Assembly: GCA_018818885.1 (NCBI GenBank)
Contig: JAHIRB010000040.1
Span: 32,985 to 96,984 of the forward strand
Length of the DNA stretch: 64,000 nt
DNA from: Patescibacteria group bacterium
GTDB lineage: Bacteria; Patescibacteriota; Patescibacteriia; Buchananbacterales; SURF-54
Direction: 5' to 3'
Both the position numbers and the translations under genes were made by a program. The notes under the pieces were generated by a model. It searched no databases. It was not told where the DNA came from and saw nothing but the letters and a program-made list of their open reading frames with translations. Positions 55,716 through 64,000 of the stretch are shown here, in pieces (positions within the stretch are counted from its first letter, which is position 1; each line of letters begins with the position of its first letter).

Positions 55716-57302
55716 TTAATATAAAGCTTTACTAGACATTGCTTTATCTTTTATAATGCCCATTAATTTTAAAACTGTTGGCGCAACATCTCCCAACACA
55801 CCATTTTTTAATTTCTGAGGAATCTTTTCTTTGGTAATGATAATAAATGGTACTGGGTTAAAAGTGTGTTCAGTATACACTTCGTTTGTCTTTAAATCAA
55901 TCATTTTTTCGGCGTTACCATGGTCTGCTGTGATGATTAGATTGCCTCCCAGTTCTTTAACAGCGTTATAAACTTTGCCTACACATTTATCGACTGCTTC
56001 AACTGCCCCGACAGCTGCCTTGATATCTCCAGTATGGCCAATCATGTCTGGATTGGCAAAATTAACTGTAATAAAATTATAATTTTTTAATACTGAAAGA
56101 AGTTTAGTAGTAATTTCATTAACTGACATTTCTGGTTTTTTTGCATAATTATCTACTTTTGGTGAATCAATCTTTATTCTATCTTCAGCAGCGACAGTGT
56201 CTGCATATCCACCATTAAAAAAATACGTCACATGGGCAAATTTTTCTGTTTCTGCAATATAGAGTTGTTTTTGACCAACTAGTGTCATTGGTAGTGTTCC
56301 GACTAGATCTGGGTTGGGGTATGCAGTTATGATATTTCCTAGGTCAGGCCCAAAATCAGACATTGCAATAAATAATACATTTTTTAAAACTTTTTTTCTT
56401 TGAAAACTTCCTGGATTCATTTTATTAAAATGTTCTTGAACAAACGGTTTAGCAAGTTGACGAGCTCTATCAGATCTTAAATTAAAAAATATAACTGCAT
56501 CTTTATCTTTAATTTTTGCAATTGGTTTTCCACCACGCACTATAACATATGGGGGAATAAATTCGTCTGTTTCTTCCCTATTATAACTTTCCGTAATTGC
56601 GGCCTGAGGACTCTGAATTTTTAACCCCTTATTAAGCACCATTGTATTGTATGCTTTCTCGGTATTAAGCCAAGATTTTTTTCGATCCATGGCATAATAT
56701 CTACCCATAATTGTGGCAATCCACTCCCCTGTTCTTTTACCATCACCCTCATGATTTTTTAAATTTCTCATGATGGATTCTATCATTTTTAGTGCTCCAT
56801 GGGGTGGTGAATCGCGTCCATCAGTAAATAAATGTAAATACACGCTGTCAATTTTTCTCAAACGTGCCCACGTTAAAAGGGCTAACAAATGATCTGGGTC
56901 GCTATGCGCACTGCTACCGTTGGAAAGCATTCCCATTAAATGCAAATTTGATTTATTTTTTTTAACATGCTTATATGTTGCTTCAAATGCAGGATTTTTA
57001 AAAAATTGTCCTGTATTAATTGCTTTAGAAATATAAACTGCTTCTTGATCAACAACTCTACCAGCACCTAAGTTGTTGTGACCGGCTTCTGAATTACCAT
57101 ATTGAGTTAGTGGAAGTCCACAATACTTCCCAGAGGCCTGCAGTTTAGAATGAGGATATTTTTTCCATAAACGATCCATCACCGGCGTTTTAGCCAATGA
57201 TATTGCATTACCTTTATTTGCTGGAGCAAGACCCCAACCGTCGAGGATTAATAAGACAGTTGGTTTGATTTTCTTAGCCCTTTTAGGCTTACTTGTAGGC
57301 AT
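55716..57302 (-). CDS. gpmI: 2,3-bisphosphoglycerate-independent phosphoglycerate mutase, second tandem paralog
   Basis: LLILDGWG, same architecture, diverged from upstream copy. Confidence 0.85.
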   Translation of the reverse strand: MPTSKPKRAKKIKPTVLLILDGWGLAPANKGNAISLAKTPVMDRLWKKYPHSKLQASGKYCGLPLTQYGNSEAGHNNLGAGRVVDQEAVYISKAINTGQFFKNPAFEATYKHVKKNKSNLHLMGMLSNGSSAHSDPDHLLALLTWARLRKIDSVYLHLFTDGRDSPPHGALKMIESIMRNLKNHEGDGKRTGEWIATIMGRYYAMDRKKSWLNTEKAYNTMVLNKGLKIQSPQAAITESYNREETDEFIPPYVIVRGGKPIAKIKDKDAVIFFNLRSDRARQLAKPFVQEHFNKMNPGSFQRKKVLKNVLFIAMSDFGPDLGNIITAYPNPDLVGTLPMTLVGQKQLYIAETEKFAHVTYFFNGGYADTVAAEDRIKIDSPKVDNYAKKPEMSVNEITTKLLSVLKNYNFITVNFANPDMIGHTGDIKAAVGAVEAVDKCVGKVYNAVKELGGNLIITADHGNAEKMIDLKTNEVYTEHTFNPVPFIIITKEKIPQKLKNGVLGDVAPTVLKLMGIIKDKAMSSKALY

Positions 57303-57436
57303 TTATTGATTAATAATGTTTAGAAAATGACAAAATCCAATTTCATGTAGCATGCAATATTTAAGACTTGTTATATGTTACATGTTTCATGTTACATGAT
57401 ATACATTCTATCTTTGGATTTTGGATTTAATATGAT

Positions 57437-58693
57437 TTACCTTACTTCGTCTTCAATTTCCATTAAACGATTATATTTAGATACTCGTTCTCCTCGCGAT
57501 ATTCCAACTTTCACAAATTCCGAATTAGTAGCAACTGCTAAATCAATCATGGAAGTATCATTAGTTTCTCCCCCACCGCGATGTGATACGATTGACCAAA
57601 AACCTACCTTGTGCGCCATTTCAATTGTCTGAACTGTTTCTGACAAACTACCAATTTGATTCAGTTTGATCAAAATTGCATTGATTGCTTTTAAGTCGAT
57701 GGCTTTTTTCAAACGTTCTGGGTTAGTTACTGTTAAATCATCTCCGACAATTCTAACTTTCTTGCCTAATTCTTTCGTAATTACTGGCCACCAATCCCAA
57801 TCATCTTCTGCTAAAGGATCTTCCAAAGTTATTAATGGATATTTGTTTACCCAAGTTTTAAAATAATCAATCATTTGACGCGAACTCAATTTCTTCTTAT
57901 CCTTTTTCATGTTGTACTTTCCATTTTCAAAAATTTCAGAAACTGCTGGGTCTGCAGACAACATTACATCTTTTCCTGCTTTGTAGCCTGCTTTTTTAAT
58001 AGCTTGCATAATCAATAGCCAAGGTGATTCGTTATTTTTTAAACCTGCTGGCGCGTATGCCCCTTCGTTTCCTACGTTTGCATTTAGATTTTTCTGATGA
58101 AGAACCTTTTTTAGATTGAGATAAACTTCTGCTCCGATTCTTACGCTTTCTTTAATATTTTTACCACCAACTGGTGTTATCATATATTCTTGTAAATCCG
58201 TTGAATTTACTGCATGTTTACCACCTTCTATAACAACTATCATGGGTTTGGGTAATTTATAATTCTTATATTTTAAACGATACGTTTGACGAATATATTT
58301 ATAGAACGGGACTTTTTTTGATTGAGCTGAAGCTTTAGCCACTGCTAAAGAAACACCTAAAATTGCATTGCCACCTAGTTTTGACTTATTTGGTGTGCCA
58401 TCAAGATAAATCATAATCTGATCAATCTTTTTCTGTAAAAAAGGATTTTGTCCTATTAGCTTGGGCGCAATCTTTTTATTGATATTGTTTACAGCTTTAA
58501 GCATGCCTTTTCCACCATAACGTTTTTTATCACCATCAAATAATACAGTAGCTTCGTGAATCCCTGCAGAAGCACCAAAAGGCACAGAAGCAACACCGAT
58601 TGAAGCATCTGACAAAACTACTTTAACTTCTAACGAAGGCGTAGCGCCTGAACTCAAAATCTCACGTCCTTTTATAGACTTAATTTTAATCAT
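57437..58693 (-). CDS. eno: enolase
   Basis: SIKGREILSSGATPSLEV..VPFGASAGIHEA; start taken at MIKIKSIKG. Confidence 0.9.
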   Translation of the reverse strand: MIKIKSIKGREILSSGATPSLEVKVVLSDASIGVASVPFGASAGIHEATVLFDGDKKRYGGKGMLKAVNNINKKIAPKLIGQNPFLQKKIDQIMIYLDGTPNKSKLGGNAILGVSLAVAKASAQSKKVPFYKYIRQTYRLKYKNYKLPKPMIVVIEGGKHAVNSTDLQEYMITPVGGKNIKESVRIGAEVYLNLKKVLHQKNLNANVGNEGAYAPAGLKNNESPWLLIMQAIKKAGYKAGKDVMLSADPAVSEIFENGKYNMKKDKKKLSSRQMIDYFKTWVNKYPLITLEDPLAEDDWDWWPVITKELGKKVRIVGDDLTVTNPERLKKAIDLKAINAILIKLNQIGSLSETVQTIEMAHKVGFWSIVSHRGGGETNDTSMIDLAVATNSEFVKVGISRGERVSKYNRLMEIEDEVR

Positions 58694-58729
58694 AAATAAG
58701 TAATTATTAATTAACTCCAAATAAATATT

Positions 58730-58812
58730 ACGAATTACGTATCAATACGAATATACAAATACGAGTTAATATCAGTTGATACGTATATTCGTATGAATTT
58801 GTAATTAGTAAC
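58730..58812. promoter_or_regulatory. AT-rich upstream element E2 with 11-bp inverted repeat tacgaatatac-N25-gtatattcgta; homolog of E1
   Basis: aligned by eye with 10951-11040. Confidence 0.45.
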
Positions 58813-59607
58813 TTACAGGATTTCGTAACCAACAGTTGCTGTAATTATTATCTCCATACTTCCAGCTTCAATTTCTGGTACACCGCTACCACCACCGATG
58901 CCTGCATCCATTGCTTCCATGGCATAATACTTTGGTGCTTGGCCAGAAGTACTTTCAGAAAAACTTACAACTTTACCAAGTTTTACTCCAGCTACCTTAG
59001 CTAAGCTTTCTGCTTTTTCTTTAGCATTTTTTATCGCTTCTTCTCTAGCTTGTTGACGTAAGGCTTCTGGGTCGTCTACATCAAATGAAATTCCTGAAAC
59101 CTGATTTGCACCACCTTGCCCGGCAGCAGTCAATATATCACCAATTTTTTCTAAATCTCTAATTTTAATTGTCACACTCTGCTCAACTGAATAACCACGT
59201 AAAATACTAATTCCATCTCGCCAATCATAACGTGGATAAATATTATAGCTTGTTGTTTGAATATCTTTATCATCTACACCCATGCCCTTAATTTCTTTAA
59301 TCAATGCGTTCATTTTTGTAGTATTTTCTGTTTGGGCGTTAGCAACGTTTAATTTTTCTGTTCTAATACCTACACTAGTTTTAGCAATATCAGGTATAGC
59401 TACTACTTTACCTTCTCCACTTATACTTATAATGTGTGGAAATTCTTCTGATTTACCAATGTAATTAAATTCTTTCCACTCATTTCTAATTAAAGTTCCC
59501 AGATAAAGAACTAAGAACAAAACTAGCAAAGTTTTTAAGGCCATGCCTGTTTTTGAATGAAAATGTTTTTTAATTTCTTCCACTTGTGATGAGTTATTCG
59601 ACATCAT
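58813..59607 (-). CDS. SIMPL-domain (DUF541) secreted protein
   Basis: N-terminal TM/signal, SIMPL-family sequence pattern. Confidence 0.7.
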   Translation of the reverse strand: MMSNNSSQVEEIKKHFHSKTGMALKTLLVLFLVLYLGTLIRNEWKEFNYIGKSEEFPHIISISGEGKVVAIPDIAKTSVGIRTEKLNVANAQTENTTKMNALIKEIKGMGVDDKDIQTTSYNIYPRYDWRDGISILRGYSVEQSVTIKIRDLEKIGDILTAAGQGGANQVSGISFDVDDPEALRQQAREEAIKNAKEKAESLAKVAGVKLGKVVSFSESTSGQAPKYYAMEAMDAGIGGGSGVPEIEAGSMEIIITATVGYEIL

Positions 59608-59624
59608 AAAATTAATATTAATTA

Positions 59625-60842
59625 TTATTTTTTGATTAAAGGCTTTAATGCAACCAAAGTTTTGTCTTCTAAAAACTTTAACATTGCTCCCCCGCCTGTT
59701 GAAATATAAATATTAGATCTTTCAAAATGCATAAAACTTTTTAACGATTTTATTGCTTCTGCTGTTTCTCCGCCTCCTATTATTATCTTTGCACTAGAAT
59801 GTACTACTGCATGTATCACACCAACAGTTCCAGAAGCAAATTTTGGGTTTTCGAACATTCCCATCGGTCCATTCCAGATAATTGTTCTAGATTCTCTAAT
59901 TATGCAATCATATAATTTTAAAGTATCTGGTCCGATATCTAAAGCATATTCATTTTTTGCAATATTTCCTGCTGCTTTAACTTTTGCTTTAGCATTTTTA
60001 GTCATTTTATCAGATACAATTACGTCAACAGGTATATGTAAATGCGTGTCCGTTAATTTTAGTTTTCGCAGTGCTTTAACCATGTCTTCTTCTACAATAG
60101 AGCGACCAACTGAGATACCCTTGGCTTTTAATACAGTATTGGCTAAAGCGCCTCCGATCATAACATCATCGGCAATCTTTAAAAGATTTTTTATTACTCC
60201 TAGCTTGGTTGAAATTTTTACTCCACCGATCAATGCAACAAAAGGTCGTTTTGGGTGATTGAAAACATGCGAGAGTTCTTTAATTTCTTTTTCCAACAGA
60301 AACCCGGCATAACTTGGAAGAAATTTTGGTACACCAACCATTGTTGCGTAAGCTCTGTGGCTTTTGGCAAAGGCTTCGTTAATATATATATCAGCAAAAC
60401 TAGCAAGTCTTTTTGAAAATTTTACATCGTTATTTTTTTCTTCTGAATGATATTCTGCATTTTCCATCATTACAATCTCTCCTGGCTTTAAAGAATCAAT
60501 TATTTTTTTAGTTTCATCACTTATACAATCTGGTGTTATCAAAACTTTCTTTCCTAGCAGCTGCTCTAATTTTTTAGCCACTGGTTTAATTGAAAGCTCT
60601 GGCACTCGCACTCCGTTTGGACGGCCTAGAGAAGAAACCAATATTAATATAGCTTTCTTGTTCAGCAAATATTTAAGTGTAGGCAAAGATTCAGTAATCC
60701 TCATATCTTCTGCTACTTTAGGATTTTTGCCGCCAGTTAATGGTACGTTAAAATCAACGCGAAGTAACACCTTCTTGCCGGTAAGATTCTTGATTTGTTT
60801 AATTGATTTTAGCTTCATATCCGGTAGTGAAAATTCAAACAA
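59625..60842 (-). CDS. pgk: phosphoglycerate kinase
   Basis: RVDFNVPL N-domain motif, full length. Confidence 0.9.
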   Translation of the reverse strand: MFEFSLPDMKLKSIKQIKNLTGKKVLLRVDFNVPLTGGKNPKVAEDMRITESLPTLKYLLNKKAILILVSSLGRPNGVRVPELSIKPVAKKLEQLLGKKVLITPDCISDETKKIIDSLKPGEIVMMENAEYHSEEKNNDVKFSKRLASFADIYINEAFAKSHRAYATMVGVPKFLPSYAGFLLEKEIKELSHVFNHPKRPFVALIGGVKISTKLGVIKNLLKIADDVMIGGALANTVLKAKGISVGRSIVEEDMVKALRKLKLTDTHLHIPVDVIVSDKMTKNAKAKVKAAGNIAKNEYALDIGPDTLKLYDCIIRESRTIIWNGPMGMFENPKFASGTVGVIHAVVHSSAKIIIGGGETAEAIKSLKSFMHFERSNIYISTGGGAMLKFLEDKTLVALKPLIKK

Positions 60843-60955
60843 TGTGTTTGTTTAATAATTTATGTTTATATGAAAATATTGCTTGCATATTAACTATACT
60901 TTGTTCAAAATCAATTTGAATTTCTACTACCGGATCATATTTGAATTATATCACA

Positions 60956-61210
60956 TTATTCCCCTTCGATTTCAACCAACTTCCAACTTTCTCCTTTTGT
61001 TTTTTTTATTTTGATTTTAGCACCTTTTGCTGGTGTATTTTTTGCTAGTAGTTTTAAATTGAATTTAAGATTATCTGAATTTATTTCATCACCATGTTCA
61101 ATAATTGATCCTAGCTCAATAACAATTTTGTTGACTTTCATCAACTTGTTTTCGTTAGCATTCTCTAACACTATTTTAAGAATATTGTCAGCGGCATGTA
61201 AATCGTGCAT
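60956..61210 (-). CDS. HypA-like hydrogenase maturation factor N-domain lacking the zinc-ribbon
   Basis: MHDLHAADNILKIV.. start resembles HypA (MHEhSh); no CxxC pairs; adjacent to hydrogenase large subunit. Confidence 0.4.
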   Translation of the reverse strand: MHDLHAADNILKIVLENANENKLMKVNKIVIELGSIIEHGDEINSDNLKFNLKLLAKNTPAKGAKIKIKKTKGESWKLVEIEGE

Positions 61211-61290
61211 ATGTGTTTATGCAGCATGAAACATATAATATGTAGCAAGTAGAATAATTTTGCATATGTTACATGCTATATGATTCGTGA

Positions 61291-62580
61291 CTAATGCGTT
61301 GCACAGCTAATACACGGATCATAAGCTCTAATTAAAGTTTTAATCTTTAACTCTCTTTCTTTAGGTGACATTTCAGCAGTTTGGGGTAATAATTTTCTTA
61401 GATCTTCTTCGATATTATTTAAAAACAAAACTGTTGGTGTAATTATTTGCGTGGAAACAATTCTGCCGTCACGATCAATTTCGTAGTGATGATAAAGTAT
61501 ACCGCGCGGTGCTTCCATCAATGCTGATCCTTTTGTAGTTTTATTTTTTGGGTTAGCAAATGCTATAAGCTTGAGCTTTTTTGCTTGACTAACTTCATCT
61601 TTGAGTCCGACCTTAAGAATATCACGAATTAAATGTCCAATTTCTTCTGTACAATGCAACACTTCAATTGCCTGCGCCAATACATTAAAAAACGTATTGT
61701 GAATTGGAAACTCTAAAGTCAAGTCTGCTACTGCTTTTTTGGCCTGGGGTGCAAGTTGTTCGTGATTGTTGTTTAAACGAGCTAACGCCCCTACCATGAA
61801 CGGCTTATCTTTATATTTAGCACGCTTGGCAGCTAAGTTTGGCAGCTGGTATTCATATATGGCGTTTGTGATATTTTTTGTAGAAATTTTTTCACCTGAA
61901 CTAGTATTTAGATTTCCTGAATATATTGCGTATTCATTTTTATTATGTAAAGAAATAAATTCTGTTTTTCTAACAAACGATGGATACTTGATATTGGCTG
62001 TAAATAAAACCAATTCTATAGCATCAAACATTGCTTTTTCCCAATTGAAATAGATTTCTTCAAGTTGTTTTTCTTTTGGCAATATTTTAAACCCGCCAAC
62101 TTCGCAAGCAATTGGATGGACTACTCTAGCGCCAAGTATTTTTATCACATTAGTCGCCCACTCTCTTAAATTTAAAGCAGACTTTCCTGCTTTGGGAAAT
62201 TGCTTTAAAAATTCAAGATCATTTTCAATACCAAAAAAATCAGGGAGTGACAAAAAGTATAGATGTAAAGCATGACTATGCAAAATTTGTGCTAGTTCCA
62301 TTATTTTTCGCAACTTGGTTGTTTGTACAGATACTTTTATACCTAAAGCATCCTCAATGGCATTGATAGCAGTTAAAGCATGAACAACTGGGCAAATTCC
62401 ACAGATTCTTGCAGTTATGACAGGCACTTGCGTGTAATTTCTGCCAACTACTATTCCTTCCATTAATCTTATGCCTTCAGTTGTGATAAGTTTTGCCTGA
62501 CCGACATTGCCTTTCATCAAAGCACCCTCAAAATCCATATGCCCTTCCATCTTAGCGAGGTGATTAATCTTGATCTTCAT
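61291..62580 (-). CDS. [NiFe]-hydrogenase large subunit
   Basis: N-terminal RICGICPVVH and C-terminal DPCISCATH Ni-Fe ligating motifs; ends at His (no C-terminal extension). Confidence 0.85.
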   Translation of the reverse strand: MKIKINHLAKMEGHMDFEGALMKGNVGQAKLITTEGIRLMEGIVVGRNYTQVPVITARICGICPVVHALTAINAIEDALGIKVSVQTTKLRKIMELAQILHSHALHLYFLSLPDFFGIENDLEFLKQFPKAGKSALNLREWATNVIKILGARVVHPIACEVGGFKILPKEKQLEEIYFNWEKAMFDAIELVLFTANIKYPSFVRKTEFISLHNKNEYAIYSGNLNTSSGEKISTKNITNAIYEYQLPNLAAKRAKYKDKPFMVGALARLNNNHEQLAPQAKKAVADLTLEFPIHNTFFNVLAQAIEVLHCTEEIGHLIRDILKVGLKDEVSQAKKLKLIAFANPKNKTTKGSALMEAPRGILYHHYEIDRDGRIVSTQIITPTVLFLNNIEEDLRKLLPQTAEMSPKERELKIKTLIRAYDPCISCATH

Positions 62581-62705
62581 ATGACAAAATTACAATAATT
62601 AAACATAAAATCACCACCAAATCCCGTAAATGACGACTCTATGTTCGTCGAAAAAGAGTCATTGTACGGGACCATTTTAGCTAAATGATTAATTTTTATT
62701 TTCAT
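62577..62705 (-). CDS. 42-aa upstream ORF whose first 11 codons (MKIKINHLAKM) duplicate the hydrogenase large-subunit start with synonymous changes; stop overlaps main ATG (ATATGA)
   Basis: two copies of the 33-nt start region differ at 7 nt, 6 in third codon positions and 1 synonymous first-position Leu change. Confidence 0.4.
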   Translation of the reverse strand: MKIKINHLAKMVPYNDSFSTNIESSFTGFGGDFMFNYCNFVI

Positions 62706-62709
62706 ATTA

Positions 62710-62958
62710 TTAAATTATTGTCAGATAGATTAAATATGCTAATCCTAATCCTATTAAATTATATATGGCATCAACAAACGAGTGATATATAGTGTCTTTA
62801 CCTTTCTTAAAATGATCATATAATTCTTTAATGACTGTCAGAACTACTATTACTAAAAGTGCGTATTTGAAACTTTCAAAACTTAGCAATACTATGATAC
62901 TAATTATAAATGAAAGTATTAAATGTTTAGTTTTATCGCGCCAGTGGAATTCTTGCAT
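62710..62958 (-). CDS. small membrane protein (82 aa, 2-3 TM)
   Basis: hydrophobic ORF in hydrogenase operon. Confidence 0.4.
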   Translation of the reverse strand: MQEFHWRDKTKHLILSFIISIIVLLSFESFKYALLVIVVLTVIKELYDHFKKGKDTIYHSFVDAIYNLIGLGLAYLIYLTII

Positions 62959-62979
62959 TTATTAATGATTAATTATGAC

Positions 62980-63008
62980 TTGACAATTTTAATATATTTT
63001 ATTAAGGT
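62980..63008 (+). promoter_or_regulatory. promoter-like TTGACA-17-TAAGGT
   Basis: perfect -35; weak -10. Confidence 0.3.
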
Positions 63009-63030
63009 AATTGCTGAAAGGAGGAGAACG

Positions 63031-63372
63031 ATGAAAATTCTATTGGTTGGTAATTCGATGTTTCTAAGAGTATTAGCCGATGCACTCAGTGAAAAAAAAC
63101 ATGTGATCATAGGAGTCAGTACAATATCTGGAGCGGAATCTGCCACTTCTACAGACCCAGATATAGGTCTGGCAATTCTCGTCCCTGATATACCCGACGT
63201 ATCACGCCATCATTGCCTTGAATTGGCAAAAAGAATCAAGGAAAATCTGCCTGACGCAAAGGTTGCCTTAACAGATAACATCAACCCGGGAAAAATATTC
63301 CACTTTCTGATTCCACCTAACACCGGCATTGATGCTGCACTCAAAGCCATCGAGGTAAACGTCACCAAATAG
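63031..63372 (+). CDS. 113-aa protein in GC-richer cassette antisense within hydrogenase operon; degenerate receiver-like N-terminus (MKILLVGNS)
   Basis: AAAGGAGGA SD 5 nt before ATG; terminator follows; opposite strand to flanking hydrogenase genes. Confidence 0.5.
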   Translation: MKILLVGNSMFLRVLADALSEKKHVIIGVSTISGAESATSTDPDIGLAILVPDIPDVSRHHCLELAKRIKENLPDAKVALTDNINPGKIFHFLIPPNTGIDAALKAIEVNVTK

Positions 63373-63397
63373 AATGTGAATAATCAAAGGGCTAGGG

Positions 63398-63436
63398 GCG
63401 GACGAAGTAAATTCGTTCGCTCATTTCTTTTTCTTT
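63398..63436 (+). terminator. intrinsic terminator
   Basis: gcggacgaa-gtaaa-ttcgttcgc then tcatttctttttcttt. Confidence 0.55.
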
Positions 63437-63444
63437 ACTCTGAG

Positions 63445-64000
63445 CTACGTCGAAGGGTTTGTTTTCTTTCGTTTTTCTTTCTGTTCGATCAATTCCTCTT
63501 TCAACGCTTCTTGCTGCCAATTATCTTTAATCCCAAAAACTTCTAATACTTCAAATATTTTTGGTAATGGGTGATTCCTCCAAAGCATAGTTACAAACTT
63601 AGTAACATCTGGTTCTTCGATTAAACCTCTACAACCCCAGCAAGCTTGTTTGCCTTTTAAGCATACTGCATCACAACCTGCTAAAGTAATTGGCCCCACG
63701 CAAATATCACCTTTTTGTAGTAGACACTCATAGCCATTAATCTGGCATTCCCAACAAACTGGATTTTGTAGTAATTTGACAGGCAATCCCGAAAGCAGCT
63801 GATAAGTAATATTTAAAAACTCTTCTGCAGTAATTGGGCATCCAGGAATTGTGTGGTCAACTTTAACTAAATTGGATATTGGCTCAATTTCAGAATTTTC
63901 TATACCTTTAGGATTTTTATAAACCATCTTTAATAACTTATCTTTTCCTGCAAAACTTTTCATTTGATGTATTCCACCGGTATCTGCACAATTACCTAAT
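63445..64000 (-). CDS. [NiFe]-hydrogenase small subunit (C-terminal part; gene continues past window end)
   Basis: multiple Fe-S Cys ligands (GCPIT, CWECQ, CVGPITLAGCDAVC, CWGC); reading frame open to position 64000. Confidence 0.75.
   Translation of the reverse strand, partial: LGNCADTGGIHQMKSFAGKDKLLKMVYKNPKGIENSEIEPISNLVKVDHTIPGCPITAEEFLNITYQLLSGLPVKLLQNPVCWECQINGYECLLQKGDICVGPITLAGCDAVCLKGKQACWGCRGLIEEPDVTKFVTMLWRNHPLPKIFEVLEVFGIKDNWQQEALKEELIEQKEKRKKTNPST

Overview
This 64-kb window is an AT-rich chromosomal segment (roughly low-30s % GC by eye) with the hallmarks of a small-genome Patescibacteria/CPR-like bacterium. Genes are compact and most housekeeping genes have no Shine-Dalgarno sequence. 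I found no rRNA genes, no canonical tRNA genes and no CRISPR array.

Recognisable gene content, in order:
- 3..1097: pckA, truncated at the window edge.
- 1.4-7.2 kb: a surface-polysaccharide block with a Wzx-like flippase, one GT1 and two GT2 glycosyltransferases and a Wzy/O-antigen-ligase-like membrane protein.
- 7.3-8.8 kb: def and fmt.
- 9.3-14.6 kb: the locus I rank highest (details below).
- 14.6-17.8 kb: a frameshifted thpR, a WecB/TagA-type glycosyltransferase and gltX.
- 17.9-19.9 kb: an isochorismatase-family hydrolase, a hypothetical protein and a higB-higA pair. These three units share a ~40-nt upstream motif.
- 20.4-23.4 kb: a NUDIX hydrolase, Cys-rich secreted proteins and an M23 peptidase.
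- 25.1-28.1 kb: an SOS pair, lexA and a Y-family polymerase (dinB-like).
- 30.8-31.8 kb: a tyrosine recombinase.
- 31.9-48.4 kb: a division and cell-wall block on the minus strand (FtsQ-like, ddl, a truncated MurF-like protein, an aminotransferase, serS, lysS, greA, PBP2, mreDCB, rseP, frr, holB).
- 48.9-49.4 kb: a REP-associated tyrosine transposase (RAYT, IS200 family). Next to it sit GC-rich palindromes and a tRNA-like element.
- 49.4-53.9 kb: a second MreB paralog and three GT2 enzymes.
- 54.0-60.8 kb: a glycolysis cluster with two tandem gpmI paralogs, eno and pgk.
- 60.9-64.0 kb: a [NiFe]-hydrogenase module with a HypA-like protein, the large subunit and a partial small subunit.

The most interesting locus is at 9.3-14.6 kb. 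It holds a glycyl-radical-activase-type radical SAM enzyme that looks like the AmmeMemoRadiSam radical SAM, and a LigB/Memo-superfamily protein that looks like AmmeMemoRadiSam protein B. No AMMECR1 partner is present. At least six GC-richer small ORFs of 48-141 aa surround these two enzymes, and unlike the housekeeping genes each has a strong Shine-Dalgarno sequence:
- A 53-aa ORF whose stop overlaps an in-frame TTG that may be the radical SAM start (the preferred ATG lies 57 bp downstream).
- Three ORFs packed directly downstream of the Memo-like gene.
- Two ORFs on a divergent transcript with a canonical TTGACA-17-TAAATT promoter. One is a 66-aa peptide with five cysteines.
This could be an undescribed peptide- or small-protein-modifying system.

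Similar compact units are scattered through the window. Each is GC-richer than its surroundings and carries a small ORF with a strong Shine-Dalgarno sequence; most also have a promoter-like region and a terminator, and several have canonical TTGACA -35 elements. They sit in intergenic regions, including antisense inside the hydrogenase operon. Two of them share an identical tattgaca-N17-tttgataaattatg promoter.

Other observations:
- A GC-rich palindromic element (core atctgcctctggcatga) occurs at two loci.
- A 42-aa upstream ORF repeats the first 11 codons of the hydrogenase large subunit with only synonymous changes.
- A heptanucleotide tract lies inside the Wzy-like gene.
- A G7 tract lies in the ribosome-binding site of one small ORF.
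- An ~85-bp AT-rich element upstream of the Memo-like gene recurs upstream of eno.
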